From positions 3,017 to 67,016 of the IMG/VR virus record IMGVR_UViG_3300020576_002828: a DNA stretch of 64,000 nt; one strand, 5' to 3'. The notes below the pieces were generated by a model. It ran no database searches. It was not told the origin of the DNA and saw nothing but the letters and a program-made list of their open reading frames with translations. This DNA is from a virus (lineage: Duplodnaviria; Caudoviricetes). Both the position numbers and the translations under genes were made by a program. Positions 62,627 to 64,000 of this stretch are shown one piece after another (positions within the stretch are counted from its first letter, which is position 1; every line of letters starts with the position of its first letter).

Positions 62627-63305
62627 TGTTTTCCTCGGTATAAACGGTCCATCCTCTATGTTGAGCTTGCCGACCGGACTTTACAGCTAACATGGCCTTG
62701 GCATCTAATCCATGTTCTGCGGCAAATTCTTTCATCGATCCTATGATTATATGTATGTTCCCATCCGGATCTTTGAACGGTGGATATTCAGTTGGACGAC
62801 CACCTTTCGACGCCGTATGTTTTGGAATAAGTCCTAATTCCATACGGAGCTTAATCAGTGCCTTATGCCGTGCACTCGCTACCGTACCAACTGGAATATC
62901 CAATTCTAACGCAATTTCTGCATTCGTTCTATTCCACATGGTCGTTAGATAGAGAATCCGTTTCTCTTTCTTGGAGAGCGTATTGAGAGATCGTTTGACC
63001 ACACGGGGTAGACGGGTACGCAATCGAACCGGTTTATGATATTCGGTTCCATTCATAGCCGATTCCGACCCCACCCCATCAATAATCACTCCCCCTCTGG
63101 CCACTTCTATCCAATTGACCATGGCCGACTTAATCGCATATTCCGCACCGGCAAACGCATAGGCATCCGGCTTACCAGATTTTTTGAGTGAATCGTACGC
63201 CAACCACGCTTCACTCAAAAAATCCCCCTCCTCTAACCCATAGAATCTATTTGCTGCGGTTCGGGCCATCTGTTGAAGCCGAATCATCACGCTGGTGTCG
63301 TACAC
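62598..63305 (-). CDS. ECF-like sigma factor fused to NUMOD-like C-terminal module
   Basis: region 2 D..SEAWL, region 4 T..EIA..L.I..GTV.S..H.AL.KLR. Confidence 0.8.
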   Translation of the reverse strand: MYDTSVMIRLQQMARTAANRFYGLEEGDFLSEAWLAYDSLKKSGKPDAYAFAGAEYAIKSAMVNWIEVARGGVIIDGVGSESAMNGTEYHKPVRLRTRLPRVVKRSLNTLSKKEKRILYLTTMWNRTNAEIALELDIPVGTVASARHKALIKLRMELGLIPKHTASKGGRPTEYPPFKDPDGNIHIIIGSMKEFAAEHGLDAKAMLAVKSGRQAQHRGWTVYTEENNECKNITEQ

Positions 63306-63882
63306 GGTGCATCCCTTTTTCAGTATTTAACCAATTGAACAAACGTCCCATAATAACCCACCCAGTCACAATTATTAGAAAACTTGCAGCTATGTGTAAC
63401 GGAGATTCAATGCCCTTACCTGCAAAATATAACCATCCGGTAGCATATAGGGCACCCACCACCACACGTTCTTTCAAAGATGCAACAGACGCGGTTGGTC
63501 CATATGTTGCGATGGAATCGACTTTTTCTAACAACTCCACTTTATTATCGATATTCACCCACGCATCTGCTTTGATAGAGTCATATATATCATGCACGTC
63601 TACCGTATAACGATGCCGTTTGATTGCCATGTGCAAGAACATGGCAAATATTAGTACCGTCCAGACAATGCCCCACCCCGACGTAGGTCTATCGAAGGTA
63701 ATACTTATCACACCCCACAATCCAACAAAGAATTGAAGGACGTAGACTTTGATATACGACAGCCGCAAATACGCATCCGTGTCAAATACGTTTAGCATGA
63801 TATTTGCGAATGGTACCAATTCCTCACGTGGAGGTGCATCCAGTGGGAATTTGGTTTCGTCATATCCGTTAAAAGTCGCCAT
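63247..63882 (-). CDS. multi-pass membrane protein
   Basis: four hydrophobic segments. Confidence 0.7.
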   Translation of the reverse strand: MATFNGYDETKFPLDAPPREELVPFANIMLNVFDTDAYLRLSYIKVYVLQFFVGLWGVISITFDRPTSGWGIVWTVLIFAMFLHMAIKRHRYTVDVHDIYDSIKADAWVNIDNKVELLEKVDSIATYGPTASVASLKERVVVGALYATGWLYFAGKGIESPLHIAASFLIIVTGWVIMGRLFNWLNTEKGMHRVRHQRDDSASTDGPNRSK

Positions 63883-64000
63883 GTTCCCGAATGTTGATGA
63901 CCCGTGGAAATTGCGGCACCCCACGTTCCGTCAGTGTCTGATACCGCACGGTCGCGTATTGGCCTTTGTAGAAATCCATGCCGAGTGATAGGATCTCACG

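Noticed and set aside
315-63988. Many antisense and alternative-frame ORFs in the track (e.g. 315-839, 1676-2179, 28542-28994, 58431-59063, 60329-60868)
   Set aside because: Shadows of real genes, without RBS or motifs
1-64000. Stop-codon reassignment
   Set aside because: Long conserved genes are intact in the standard code and TAA, TGA and TAG all end coupled genes

Overview
A 64-kb segment of a large lytic dsDNA (jumbo/T4-like) bacteriophage, standard genetic code. (1) 1-5.5 kb: early-type mini-operons with sigma70-like promoters, a repeated 20-bp intergenic element, a parS-consensus site, an AAA ATPase and a gp88-like gene. (2) 5.7-16.7 kb, the most unusual part: 55 micro-ORFs (40-77 aa) in four translationally chained clusters, all with Gln at position 4 (49 of 55 also Arg at position 2, MRxQ) but hypervariable bodies, associated with two paralogous AT-hook genes, a tRNA-CAU and two short-repeat tracts. 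Many of these ORFs are missing from or mis-started in the supplied track and were translated by hand. (3) 17-31 kb: small genes, P-loop kinase, thyX, stand-alone HD domain, exported Ig-like protein, probable head proteins, amidase endolysin, GIY-YIG endonuclease, HAD, dNMP kinase. (4) 31.5-55 kb: a ~23-kb glycan island (rmlB/C/D, sugar C-methyltransferase, about ten GT-like genes, two NTP-transferases, kinase, phosphatases, transaldolase-like, ribB). (5) 55-64 kb: PD-(D/E)XK nuclease, clamp loader and clamp, NAMPT plus NadM-Nudix NAD salvage behind a structured leader, and a sigma factor fused to a homing-endonuclease-type DNA-binding module. All calls come from motif reading by eye; no database search was run.
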